Origin: Octopus sinensis
Lineage: Eukaryota
Assembly (NCBI RefSeq): GCF_006345805.1
Contig: NW_021825194.1
Span: 310,001 to 374,000, forward strand
Direction: 5' to 3'
DNA: 64,000 nucleotides
Positions within the stretch are counted from its first letter, which is position 1, and each line of letters begins with the position of its first letter. The translations under genes and the position numbers were made by a program. Under the pieces are notes generated by a model. It was not told the origin of the DNA. It made no database searches and saw nothing but the letters and a program-made list of their open reading frames with translations. This document shows positions 1 through 14,179 of the stretch, in pieces.

Positions 1-14
1 TACATACCTTAATA

Positions 15-60
<46 letters not shown>

Positions 61-63
<3 letters not shown>

Positions 64-1718
64 CAAAATAAGCAACAAGAATATCTTCGGTATTAAGACA
101 GATTTGAATTTTAAGAACATTAAGGTAATAGAATTTATCTTCTGACTGAAGAATATTCTTTAAGTTATTTTCAACTGCTAGAAGGTGGGGAAGGATATTC
201 AGCTGAATGGAGACAAAAGCGATTTTCTATTTATAGAAGTAGGTGGGGGTGAAATAAATGTCAGAAGTTATTTCTAAAGAAATTAAAGTAGAAAGGGGGT
301 TATAATGCCTTAGATGCTGTTTACTGCTATTTGGCAAACACATTTTGTATCAAGAAAACTAGGTCAATGCTAGATGGTCACAATGACTACCTATATACCA
401 AAAAGTTATAGAGAATACATAGATTCCTTTACACTTATATACATCAGCTTTATACTTAGCTAGTAGGTGTTGATCATTTTGATACGTTGGATTAAAGGAG
501 AAATTATAAATCTAATATTTATTAATTTTGGAGAAAAATCTATCATTTATTATGAGTAGGCATAAAACTCAATAACTATGGACAAAAGTCTTATTAATAA
601 AGTAAATATATTAGGGGTCAATTATATATATTCTGGAGAAAATGGAAGATGAGTAATCAAGATGAGTAATTTTCTTAGGTTTAGTAGAAGGTGATTCATT
701 TTTAGGAAAAGAAGTAATCAAGGAGAGTAAATTTCTCAGATTTAGTAGATGGTGAATTGTTATTAATGAATTAAATTAAAGAATCTGTTAGACATAATAT
801 TTACTACCAGCGGAGAAAAGCTAATCAGTTAGGTAAAAATATCCGGGGTTAATGATATATTAAGAAATGGAAGTGAGGTAATCAAGATAAACTGAGTAGT
901 TTCCTTAGGGACATAGAATTTATACTATTTAATATAGGAGATTATCAGAAAAAAAGAGAGAATTTAATTCTAAATATGCAATGAAGTTTTTTAGTAATCT
1001 ATGCATGTTGAATAAAAGCTAGTATGGTATATTCATTCTTATTTAGTTATAAAGAATTAGAATTTGAAAAATTTAGGAATGGTTACAATATTATTATTTA
1101 AAATATTTAAACGTACGGGTTGTACGATGTATGCAAGATGCTCCTAGTTCAGAACGGTTATTTAACAGATTTGTATTATTCCTATGTTTTAAAATTTCAT
1201 GTTTCCATAGAACAAAGTTCACAACCATCTCTATTTTTATATATCCCATTTCAGGTTAAATTCTATATTATTCCTTTTCAGTTCCCAAATTTTACTATAC
1301 AATGTTGTGCAACCTGCCTTGTGTTTAAGCCTAAAGGAGGAAAAAATGATTGTTTAAACGTTTTTTTAAATCCACCGAACAACCGAAATAAATATAGTTA
1401 TTATTTCAAGTCACTATTGTACATTTATAAATTACATTTTGGACCAAACAGCGGCCAGATACCGGACATTTCGATCTAATCCTACAATTACAACTGGGGG
1501 GATAATTCATGGTACTAGTATTATTTATGGACAATTCGTTTTCATTTTCGTTACTAGAGTTATTAATAGTATTAGTGTTATTTCCTCTAACAGTAGTTAT
1601 ATTGTTATGTAAATTGGGGTTACTAGTTATTAATCCATTCTCACTACCCTCACCTACTACATCTTTATCTTTATTACCTATATTATTGATATTGTCATTA
1701 TCACTATTTATATAAATG

Positions 1719-1777
<59 letters not shown>

Positions 1778-1781
1778 GTTA

Positions 1782-1818
<37 letters not shown>

Positions 1819-1900
1819 CATTATTATTATTTTTATTATTATTATTACCATTATTATTGTTGTTACTATTTATCCTATCTCTAGCTAACTTTATATTTTT
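61..1900 (-). mobile_element. 5'-truncated Penelope-like element (family P1): Asn-rich linker, GIY-YIG endonuclease remnant and 3' UTR
   Basis: The minus strand reads SCNCRIRSKCPVSGRCLVQNVIYKCTIVT*NNNYIYFGCSVDLKKRLNNHFSSFRLKHKAGCTTLYSKIWELK...NLLNNRSELGASCIH, which is a typical PLE GIY-YIG domain with a Cys-rich prefix. It is the same family as 39240-42325 and is bounded by (TA)n at both ends. Confidence 0.85.
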
Positions 1901-1904
1901 ACTA

Positions 1905-1979
<75 letters not shown>

Positions 1980-2178
1980 GTGTGTGTGTACATGTATATA
2001 TATACATGTATATTTATAGATGTATATGTATAGCTGTATAGGTATAGATGTATAGGTATGCATGTATATGTGTAGATATATATATATATAGATGTATATA
2101 TAATATGTACACATATATATATATACACATATATACATGCATACATATATATACCCATACACACACTCACACATGCAT

Positions 2179-2910
<732 letters not shown>

Positions 2911-3028
2911 ACATAAAAAAAGCACTAGGCTGTGTCTCATATTTTTCTTTGCTCACTCAGTTTTATCTATCAATTTATCTTTGTGTGTGTATTTATATAT
3001 ATATATAAATACACACACACACACACAC

Positions 3029-3250
3029 GGCGAGCTGGCAGAAACGTTAGCAGGCCGGGCGAAATGCGTAGCCGTATTTCGTCTGCCGTTACGTTCTGAG
3101 TTCAAATTCCGCCGAGGTCGACTTTGCCTTTCATTCTTTCGGGGTCGATAAATTAAGTACCAGTTACGCACTGGGGTCGATATAATCGACTTAATACTTT
3201 GTCCTTGTTTGCCCCCTCTATATTTAGACCCTTGTGGGTAATAAAGAAAT
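3029..3250 (+). mobile_element. tRNA-derived SINE (family B)
   Basis: It starts ggcgagctggcagaaacgttagc, has a B box GAGTTCAAATTCC and the conserved gtcgactttgcctttcat tract. Homologues lie at 15870-16090, 51450-51930 and 52840-52980. Confidence 0.8.
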
Positions 3251-3273
3251 ATATATATATAATACACACACGC

Positions 3274-3366
<93 letters not shown>

Positions 3367-3399
3367 ATACATGTATGTATAGGTGCACATTCATATATA

Positions 3400-5040
3400 T
3401 TACATCAAAGTCTATGTCTTTATGTATTCATGTGTTACTTATACATTCAAAAACTGCTGCATCGATCATAATGACATTTGGAACACAAAATCCAAGCCTA
3501 GGGTGAAGGATAATACTGTGTGCTTCATACAATTCCATGGACCAAAATTACTTAATGGATCCTTATGATATTTGAAACTTAGATTCAATGCATAAGGCGG
3601 GTATAATGCAATATGTTTGGTTTGAATTTCAGATGGTTTAAAGGGGGCAGAACCCCTATGAAAATTCATAAATTTTCGATGTTGATGAAATTTCAACCAT
3701 GGGTAATTGACACACATCAAGAAGTATTCTCAAAGTTTCCACTTCACATGAGGATTCTAAGACACCCTAATGGGGGCCTTAACTCCCAAATTTTAGTAAT
3801 TTTTGTTATGATCCAAAACTAGGTCAAAAGTACTAAATGGATCTTTAGGAAATTTGGAAATTATAATCTATAAAGGGCAATTCATATATTTTTGCTGTTG
3901 ATGAAGTTTTAACCTTAGATATTAGATACAAATGAAGTAATATTTATAAAATTTCATCTTCTTACAAGTTAGAAAGACCCCTTCATGGGGACTTAACACC
4001 CACAATTTAGTCATTTTATCTAAGCAAAGACGAATAAAGTTGTACTCTTGGAAGCTGTAGGGTCACCCGAGCATAAAAGATTAGCATTATTTGTAATTCA
4101 ATGGTACAAAAGTGTAACAGTTTGCTTTGACATACACTTTGATTGTGATTTCTGCAATGTGCTGCATAAATTGTCAAATGAGAGGCATCTTTGCCTCCAC
4201 TGATTCAGTTGCAAAATGTTGAGTAAAGTTATTTGATTGCAGACCTCTTTTCAGTCTTGTTATCATCACTCTGTCACACATAGTCCCCAGATGGTAACAT
4301 TGATTTCAAGGCCTTCCCAGATGAGTGACTGGTTATTCAAAGACATTTATAGATTGTAAATTTATTCTGTCCAGTTACGTATCAGTATAGTGTAAACTTC
4401 AACTTTCATTTCTCCTTAGCCCTCACATCACACAGTTGTTAATGTTTATTTCAGTTGGGTCACGCTCTTCCAATTGCTATAGATTCGTAATGCATCTTAC
4501 GGCTGTGCCTGTAACCTGCATGGTGAGGACTACTACATTGGGAGTGGTAACGAATAGGGTACTGTAGCTGACTGCTTATTGTGATCATTCGTCTTTTGGT
4601 TTCCTGTAGCTTTGCTCTCTTTTACAAACCCAGTGAACATATATTTCCTATTTCAAAGAAATTCAAACAATTGATATAGGACCCAAGTTAAAAAGATTCT
4701 CAACAATTCAACTTCTCTGGTTGATATTAAGACGCCCACTCCCAATAGGGACCTTAACTCTCTCATTTTAGAGCCCCATGACCTCCATTTTTCAGGAGTA
4801 AAATCCTTTTAACAGGTTCTATAAGACTAGAATTTTGTAATATGTGCACAAAAATCAGTAGTATGGGATACATGTGGCACGATTACAATTTTTTAGCGTG
4901 TGTAATGAGGGAAATAACCCTCATCTGCAATTTTGATGGAATTCGAAACATAGGTGTTCCAGTTCATTACAGAAAATATAACAGAAAAGTCTAATTCTTC
5001 AATTGCATGTAACACGGGCAACGCCGGGTAACTCTGCTAG
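3400..5040 (+). mobile_element. Non-autonomous Helitron (3' end clear, 5' end uncertain)
   Basis: It ends with the subterminal hairpin cacgggcaacgccggg followed by tctgCTAG|T at 5040. Confidence 0.55.
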
Positions 5041-5154
5041 TATATATAATATTTACATTTATACATATATTATATAATAGCAGAGATACCCGACGTTACT
5101 CGGGATTAAAACGGTATAGTTTTTCTTGTTTTTCTTGTTTCTGTAATGTGATTG

Positions 5155-5330
5155 CAGATATGCTAGAGCACCGCCTTTAGTCGAAGAAATCGACCCCAGG
5201 ATTTCTTCTTCGTAAGCTTACTACTTATTCTATCGGAATGTTTTGCCAAACACCTAAGTTACGGGGAGGTAAACACAGCAACATTAGTTGTCAAGTGATG
5301 GTGGGAGTACAAACACAGACACACGCACAC
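5155..5330 (-). mobile_element. SINE family A, 3' portion
   Basis: It is the reverse complement of the family A tail (gagcaccgcctttagtcga...acggggaggtaaacac). Confidence 0.7.
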
Positions 5331-5694
5331 ATATATATAGATACACACATATATATACATACATACATATATAAATATATATATATATATATATACATAT
5401 ATATACATATATATAAATCAAATTCAGGTTACGTTGAAAGTCAACAACGTTTGCTTTAGAAGCGTTGAGATTTATTGAAAGATACAGATAAGGAAATAAT
5501 TTTATTCTCCAACGGAAGATAATGCTAATAATATAGAAGGAACAGGATAAACTACCCATAACTGTTTCAATACATCTCAACGCATGTAAAGCAAACTTTG
5601 CTTGTTGAATTTCAACGTAAGTTGAATTTAACGAGCGATAGCGTCTTATAAAACTAGAATTATATATCCTAAATTTACAGAAGAATTAGTCGTT

Positions 5695-5768
5695 GGGTCA
5701 GTTTAGCTTAATGGCAAAGTACTGGGCGCGTAGTCACAGGCATGTAGTTCGAGTCATATGGTTGGCCG
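5695..5768 (+). pseudogene. Degenerate tRNA-like sequence (SINE head or tRNA pseudogene)
   Basis: GGTCAGTTTAGCTTAATGGCAAAG...AGTTCGAGTC...GGTTGGCC gives A-box and B-box spacing and an imperfect acceptor pairing. The cloverleaf is not intact. Confidence 0.4.
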
Positions 5769-5903
5769 CCGACAGATATTTTTTAACAAAATATGAATAG
5801 TTTATCCTCTTCATGCTATACTATTAGTATTATCCTACGGTTGAGAATAAAATTATTTCCTTATATATATATAAATATATATGTATGTATGTGCATGCAT
5901 ATA

Positions 5904-6310
5904 TCTTCTCTATATATAAAACTGGAATGCGTTTTTACCGCTTGGATCGCTTTCAATGCCACTACATCCCGTCCGATTCGCTCCAAAATTTACAGGGACA
6001 TGTAGAATGAGGTGACGATGCGCGTGGGCTATCTTAAAAGGTGTGGTTGCTAGGGGCCATCTTTCTCACTCATCCTATTTTCTCCAGTACTCTCTCACTC
6101 CTCTTCATATGACAATGCCACTACGGTTATTTAATGTAAAGTCTTCCTCAAATCACTCTCTCGCTGTTTCCTCTCTTCGAAGAACATTTTCACTCACTCT
6201 TATCTCTTAGCTTCCCATACATTTTACTCATGTATCTATCAGCGTTCATAGTCAGAAACAAATATTACATCGCCATCGCCATCGCCATCGCATTCTATTG
6301 TCTACCTGTC

Positions 6311-6354
<44 letters not shown>

Positions 6355-6483
6355 ACCACACACACACACACATATATACATATATCTAATATTATATTTT
6401 TATTTTTATGTTTTTGTTTTTGGTTTTTTTACTGTTTCATTTCCCTATTAATGGTTTTATCTCTAATTTAATTTCTACAGCGT

Positions 6484-6531
<48 letters not shown>

Positions 6532-8385
6532 CACACACCTATATGTGGCCCCAGTACACCCGAATGAAATCGGGTTCTCTTCATCAAAATGTGAAAAGGG
6601 GTCTACAGTTATCATCGCCACAACTTATGTATGTCTTCCTCACTCACTCACTCTTTTTCCTAATGATAATTATCATCGCCACCACCAACACCACCAACAC
6701 ACAATCATGACAATCTTTCTCTTAAAACAAATCATGTTTACATTGCAAAATATTTCATTTTCCCGTCCTCTCTTTCATATATCACCTTTTCTTTCTCGAG
6801 CTCTCTCTTTTTTCGCCGTCTCTATTTATTCTACAACGAGTCTATCAATGACAGCCGCAAAAGTTTCAATATTCCTACTTCACCTCTTTCAGAAACGCAA
6901 CAGATATTATTTTTTTTTTGCCGGGGTTAAAGCCCACTACATCCCGTCGGATTCACTCCAAAATTTACACCTTCTCTTTCTACCTCTAACTCCCATTCAA
7001 TTTCTCTTTATCTCCATTCTTAAAGATAATTATCATCGCCACCACCATCACACAATCTGGACAACCTTTCTCTTATAACAAATCATGTTTACATTGCAAC
7101 GACGTCTGCCACCTCCGCCGTCTCTATTTATTCTGCAAATGACCAGAACTCGGGAAACTTGGTTGAGTGTTCTATGGTCTATGACCAGAACTCGGGAAAC
7201 TTGGTTGAGTGTTCTATGGTCTATGACCAGTGCTTGACTGTTCTATGGTCTATGACCAGAACTCGGGAAACTTGCTTGACTGTTCTATGGTCTATGACCA
7301 GAACTTGGGAAACTTGGTTGAGTCCTCATCTTATAAAATGTGGCCCCAGTAGACCCAAATGAAATCGGGTTATATTAACCAAAATGTGAAAAGGGGTCTA
7401 AATGGGGCTGGAAGGGGATTAAAATTTAAAGGAGCGGGTCTTTAGCAATTCTCTGTTACATCAAGCTAAAAAATTTGTGCCAGCCTTTTAATCGTCAATG
7501 TGTTGCCGTCCATGATGAAGAAGTTTTGAATGCTTGCCATCGTGAGTCTACTGTCGTGAGAAAGAATCAATTCAAAACTTGGTTTTTAGGGATTTTCTTT
7601 TACATCAAGTTCAAAATTTTACGCCAGCCGTTGAACTGTCAATACGTTGCTGTCCGTCGTTAAGAAATGCCAGCCATGGTGACTCTACTATCCTCAAATT
7701 CTATCCCTTCAAACTTTGGTTTCCAATATTTTATTATTTTTATTCAGCTCGCAAGTTCGTCTGTCCCTTTTAAATGTTAGTGTTTTGCTGTCTGTCTTGA
7801 AGCAGACCTTTCCGTTGTTACTGCCTGATATTTATGATTGATCTTTCTAAATATTTTATTTCTCAACTTACTCAAGATCTTTTGTTGTTTATAAATGGGA
7901 GAGAGATACATAAAGATAGAGAGTAAGAGAAATCGAGGGAGAGTCCGAGAGAAAGGAAGAGTAAGAGAGTGGGAAAGTGAGAGAGAAAGGAGAAAGAAAC
8001 AAAGAGGGAGAATCATCATCATCATCGTTTAACGTCCGTTTTCCGTGCTAGCACGGGTTGGACAGTTTGACAGGGGTCTGGGAAGCCAGGAGGCTGCACC
8101 AGGCTCCAGTCTGATCTGGCAGTGTTTCGACAGGTGGATGCCCTTCCTAACGCCAACCACTCTGTGAGCGTAGTGGGTGCTTTTTTCGTGCCGCCTGCAC
8201 AGGTGCCAGGGGGGCTGGCAGCGGCCACGATCGGTTGGTGCTTTTTACGTGCCACCAGCACAGAAGCCAGTCAAGGCGGCGCTGCAATCCGCCATGTTCG
8301 GATGGTGCTTTTTACGTGCTGAAAGGAAGCAACAGAAAGTAACAACCACACTCTTACCCGCGCGTAGAGGGGTCACCTTCAGCTA

Positions 8386-8386
<1 letters not shown>
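5904..8386 (+). mobile_element. Non-autonomous Helitron family H3, copy 1 (carries a SINE fragment at about 8020-8320)
   Basis: It has A|TC at the 5' end, a degenerate 3' hairpin and cagCTAG|T. It is collinear with 56923-58839. Confidence 0.8.
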
Positions 8387-8470
<84 letters not shown>

Positions 8471-8544
8471 ATATATATATATACACATCTAAATATATAC
8501 ATGTATATGTATATATATACATACATATACATGTATACATATAC

Positions 8545-8930
8545 AGGCGCAGGAGTGGCTGTGTGGTAAGTAGCTTGCTAACCAACACATGGTTCCGGGT
8601 TCAGTCCCACTGCGTGGCATCTTGGGCAAGTGTCTTCTGCTATTGCCCCGGGCCGACCAAGCCTTGTGAGTGGATTTGGTAGACGGAAACTGAAAGAAGC
8701 CTGTCATATATATGTATATATATGTATATGTGTGTGTGTGTGTGTCCCTCTAGCATTGCTTGACAACCGATGCTGGTGTGTTTATCTCCCCGTCATTTAG
8801 CGGTTCGACAAAAGAGACCGATAGAATAAGTACTGGGCTTACAAAGAATAAGTCCCGGGGTCGATTTGCTCGACTAAAGGCGGTGCTCCAGCATGGCCGC
8901 AGTCAAATGACTGAAACAAGTCAAAGAGAG
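8545..8930 (+). mobile_element. SINE family A, full length
   Basis: The tRNA-like head is ggcgcaggagtggctgtgtggtaag...GGGTTCAGTCCC. It is followed by the CORE-like ggcatcttgggcaagtgtctt, an internal microsatellite and the tail gactgaaacaag. Confidence 0.85.
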
Positions 8931-8937
8931 TCAAAGA

Positions 8938-8989
<52 letters not shown>

Positions 8990-9009
8990 ATATATATATA
9001 TATATATAT

Positions 9010-9313
9010 CACATGATCACGTGACCGACCAGGCTATCAGATGTTGCTACACATCGCTGGTCACTATGCGCTTCGCATTGTTTATTGCCTTCAAGTGACG
9101 CCACCCCGCTGGCTAAGTGAGCGGGCCAACAGAAGAAAGGGTGAGGGAAAGTTGCGGCGAAAGAGTACAGCAGGGATCACCACCACCGCCGGAGCCTCGT
9201 GGGGCTTTAGGTGTTTTTGTTCAATAAACACTCACAATGCCCAGTCTGGGAATCGAAACCGCGATCCTACGATCGCGAGTCCGCTGCCCTAACCACTGGG
9301 CCATTGCGCCTCA
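9010..9313 (-). mobile_element. tRNA-derived SINE (family D)
   Basis: The minus strand reads gaggcgcaaTGGCCCAGTGGttagggcagcggactcgcg...GGTTTCGATTCCC, giving A and B boxes. Confidence 0.7.
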
Positions 9314-9354
9314 CACACACACACACACACACATATATATACATATATAAACAT

Positions 9355-12300
9355 TATATGGTGGCTGACTACGCCTTATGCAGAGTTTGACCACTTCCTA
9401 TACCTACATCTTAGCACCATCATGGCATCTAATGTGGCTTTTTAAACCAATGTTCTGAAAAGACACCCACATACATTGCACATCCGATTTGGACCACCAA
9501 GAGCTGCAGATAAGTTCTGATCTTTGTGGATCTTAAAATGTCTTTTGAGGCATCCGTTCGATTTGCAAACCTCCTGGCATACACTGCATTCAAAGGTGTG
9601 CACAGACATGTAGGCAGAATGGTTGGTGGAGGTTCGCTTTTCATGGGTTAGGAAATGAGATTTGAGCCCAGCAAAAGACAAGCATGGTCTGTCACAAACT
9701 GCACACAAAAAGGTCATTGTCATTCACCTTCTCGATCGTAACATTCTTCCTTAGATCTCTTTTGAGTCTTACGTGCGTTAGCGTGGCCTCTTCAAATGCT
9801 TTCCCTCCACTCCACACTTTTGTTCGCCATCCAACTCGATCCGAAGCAAGGGTTTCTATATCTTCTGGATCCATTCCAAGGGACTTCATAGTCTTCCTTA
9901 TGCCGTCCTTAAGCTTTTTTTTAGGTTTATGCCGATAGCGTTTCCCCTCTGCAAGGTCACCATAAAACAGCTGTTTCGACATGCGTTCACACGTCATTCG
10001 AACAATATGGCCACACCATCTCATTTGGCTCCTCAGAATCATAGCTTCTTAATTGAGGTGATACCTACAGGTGCAAGGACATCTGTGTTTGGAGTATAAG
10101 AGCTCCATTTAATGTTTAGAATGCGATGAAGGTATTTTTGGCGGAATTTTTCTAACTATTTAAAATGCCTTTCATAACAAGTCCATATTTCAAAAGAATA
10201 CAACAGGGATGGTAAAACAAATGATTTGTAAAGGGTCAGCTTTGTATTTTTATTTATATATCGCTGGCACCAAACGCGTGACTCCAAGCCACCAAATACT
10301 CTTACTGCTCTTTGAATTTGCAGCTGTATTTCTGTATCAAGATTTTCTTCATTTTGTACAGAGCTTCCAAGGAAGATGAACCAATCGACAACCTCAAGTA
10401 ACTTACCCTTAGCAAAAATTTATTGGCGTTACAAACAGCACCACACGTAGGTAGATGCATTACAACTGTTTGTTTCAAGTTGATGGTCAAGCCAAAATCA
10501 TCACAAGCAAAATTATCAAATGCAGATTCAAGAGATTGCAGACCTGTTTCAGAATAACTGACAAGTTCGCAATCGTCAGCGTATAAAGTTCCCCAATGAA
10601 TGAAGTAAAAACCCTCGTTTTCAATTTCAGTCTGGTCAGATTAAAAACATTCCCTGCTTTTCGATAAATACCCTCCTCAGAGTTTTGAAAACCATGTGAC
10701 AACATAACAGCAAAGTATATTGCAAAGAGAGTGGGTGCGTCAAGGTCTCCTTGCTTTACTCCATTTTCCACGGCAAAAGATTCAGAGAGCCTACCACCAA
10801 AGTTAACTGTAGCTTTCATGTCTTGATGCAAAGCCCTGATCATGTTTACTAATTTTGGTGGGGCAACCTATTTTCCTTAGAATTTGCCACAGAGCATTTC
10901 GATTAATAGTATCGAATGCTTTGCTCAGATCAACAAAGCAATGATATAGAGCAAGATTCTGTTCAATGCATTTTTCTTGTAAATGTCTGATAGTAAAGAT
11001 GCAATCAGCTGTGCCCCTGGAGGAACGAAAACTGCACCAAGGACTCAAACACTATATTTGTAACTATGAAGGTATTTAAACGTTCTAACAAAATGCGGGT
11101 AAGTTCCTTTACAACCACAGACAAAAGCGAAATCCACGAAAATTACCACACAGATCTTTTGGCCCCGGTTTATATTAGGAGACTAAAATGCATCAGTCCA
11201 GACTTGAGGCACTTTCTCAGTTCTCCAACAGTGACAAATTAATATATTTAAGAGTTCAAACATTTTGTCACCCCCATTTTTCAAGGCTTGTCCATAGATT
11301 CCATCAGACCCTAGAGACTTGTTATGCAGCTTATTTACAGCTAAATAAATGTCATTTAGAGTTGGTTCACATGCCAGCTCTTCTATAACTGGAAGGTGTT
11401 CGATTTTTTTCTATCGTCCTCATGCTTAGATCTTGGGTGCATCCAGGTGGTTTTATATTTATTTTTCGTTGGTGACAACCAGATTATTCTTAGTACAAAA
11501 CGTCCAAATATTTACTCTATTTTTATTACATTTTCTAATCCCATGTCGACCTAAAACAGGCCATGAAACATAATCCTTTCCAACTCTTGCATTGAAATCT
11601 CCCAATATGACAAGCTTGTCAGAAATTGCTACTTTCCTCAATAATTGTGCTAGATCATCATAAAACTGTCCTATAGTTTCATCAGAATAGGACATTATTG
11701 GTGCATAAATACTGACAACAGTTAGAAACCTATCTTTTGTCAATTTAATACGACATGACATGAAGCTCTGCAATGGAGGATACTAATATATTCTTAAAAG
11801 CAAATCCAGCACCAGATTCTCTAGGCTGATCCTTAGGCAGCCTCTCCAAAAGATAGTATATCCATAAGTAAGTTCATTTACTTGACCCTCACCAGAGAGA
11901 CGAGTTTCAGAGAGCGCCTTTCTGGCCTCTTGTTGAAATTATCGTCAAGATGTGTGCGCACATTCCAACAGCCAAAGTTCAATGGATGTTTAGTTTTCTT
12001 GAAGATTGTTTGACTGCAGTCGCAGGATGACGACCGGGCCAAGCCTGTGGATACACTGGGATTCCTGCCGAGCCAGACCTGTTCCCCTGACGTTCCCAAA
12101 CCTTTTTTTGCCATTTACTGAATCTGTTTGATGCATTTTAGAGTAAGTTACAAGTGCATTTCGCTGGTGTGACATAAAAATTGACAAAACTAGGAACTTC
12201 CAAAGCATCAGGCTTTATTTCGGAGATTTCCTTCTCCTAGGTAGATCACCAACTAAGGCTAAAGAACTTGTGCCTGTCCATGAGGTAAGCTATCACATTC
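9355..12300 (-). mobile_element. Degenerate RTE-clade LINE (APE endonuclease, RT and C-terminal C2H2 fingers)
   Basis: ORF fragments appear in order: FGCWNVRT; VVSIYAP...LVILGDFNARVG; FRSSRGTADCIF...FVDLSKAFDTINR; NGVKQGD; LRWCGHIVRM...QLFYGDL; then three CxxC...H motifs. There are many frameshifts and stops. Confidence 0.92.
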
Positions 12301-12682
12301 CACACACCAAACCGATACCCAAACACTCTATAAAGTGATCAAATATCTCTCCCGTGACCGACGCGGAGTTGCTCATTCATACATTAAAAAAAAGATAAGT
12401 ACCTTATATGCTTTGCAAATGTAAATAAGAATTAAATAAAAATAATATATATAAATAAAATAAAGTAAAAGATAGGCAATAAATATAAATATGTATATAA
12501 AAGCAAAAATATACATATATATAAACATATAACAAAAAGGTACGATGTGTGAATAAGAATGAAATAAGAATTAGATATAAATAATATATATAAATATAAA
12601 AAAGTTAAAAAGATATGCAATTGAACAATATAAAGATTTAAATATAAATAATATATATATAAAAGTAAAAATATACATATAT

Positions 12683-13080
12683 ATATAAATACTAGCAGCT
12701 AAGCCCGGTTTCACTCGGTCTGTTTGGATGATGTGGCTGTGATCATTTTCGGTCAGGCATAATCTATAACAGCGTTTCTCAACCTTATCATTTCGGGTCC
12801 CCTGTTTCGATTGGAACCTCCAGCTATATGAAAATTTTTTGACCCCACCCCATCAGAAAACAGCTTCTAAGCAACTGGTTGTTTTAATGGCGGAAGAAAG
12901 AGGAGAATTCCATTAGAAAAGTTTTAATCGATTTTCTCGGTAAGTATGGATGCTAGGAAAAAAATACAAACCGCATTCCAATCTATGCCCACCGTCTCCA
13001 CATGTGTGCCATTTTTCACCCAAATCCACCAGCCGTTTGGCTGTGAACCATAAGACAAGAAAGAATACAACGATCGTCCA
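12683..13080 (-). mobile_element. Helitron 3' end fragment
   Basis: The minus strand ends accgagtgaaaccgggcttagctgCTAG|T, the same hairpin plus CTAG terminus as the other Helitrons here. Confidence 0.5.
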
Positions 13081-13358
13081 TGTCCAATTTATATTATAGA
13101 TATATACATGTGTCTGTGTGTGTGTGTGTGAGTGCACGTGTGCATCTATATATGTGTGCACGTGTGCATCTATATATATGCATGTGTGCATCTATGTGTG
13201 TGTGGATGTGTGCATGTATGTCTCTCATCGTTGTCATCATCATCATCATCATTGTTTAACATCCGTTTTTCATGCATGCAGGGGTAGGACGGTAGAAGAC
13301 CACCCCAGGCTACTGTGTCTGTTTTGGCAGGGCTTTTATGGCTGGATGCTCTTCCTAA

Positions 13359-13400
<42 letters not shown>

Positions 13401-13786
13401 TGTGTCTGTGTCTGTGTAATCATTCCTTCTCCTCGTTGTTTAAACATCCATTTTGCATTCTGGCACTGTGGTTGGGTTGATTTGACAGGACCCAGCAAAG
13501 AGCAGTGCTGCATCAAGCTCCAGCATCTGCTTTGTCATGCGTTCTTCACCTCTATGCCCTTTCTAACGCAAACCCCTTTACAGAATGTACTGGGTGCTTT
13601 GTTTTATGCCACCAGCATTAGTGAGGCAACCAAGTAACTTGCAAGACAGGAGCAGAAAAAGGAAAGGAAAAAGGCCCCTTGACTTAGTGGTGGTTTTATG
13701 CCAGGTGTGGGGAGATTAAAATGTGATAGAGGGACAAGAGCGGCTATGATGCTATAAAGGAGATGGTTTATAGCATGATTGTAATA

Positions 13787-14082
13787 TTGGCCTAGTGGTT
13801 AGAGCAGCAGATTTGCAGTTGAGAGATCGCAGGTTCGAATCTCAGACCAGGTGATGTGTGTGTTTATGAGTGAAACATCTAAACTCCACGCAGCTCCGGC
13901 AGAAGGTAATGGCAAACTTCTGCTGACTCTTTCGCCACCACTTTCTCTCATTCTCTCCTCCTGCATTTAGTAGCTCGCCTGCAACAGACCAGCGTCCCGT
14001 CCAGGTGGGGAGCCTATATGCCAATGAAACTGGGAAGCCAGCCCTTATTGGCCAGGCATGGCTCAAGAAGGAACAAACAACA
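13787..14082 (+). mobile_element. tRNA-derived SINE (family E) with a (CAAA)n tail
   Basis: It has TGGCCTAGTGG (A box) and GGTTCGAATCTC (B box), and the tail is aacaaacaacaaacaa. Confidence 0.7.
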
Positions 14083-14179
14083 AACAAACAATATTACTAT
14101 ATTATTGGTTATTATAATATTGTAATATAGATATCATCCTACCTAACCTATTATGTTGTCAAAATATATATAACAACCA

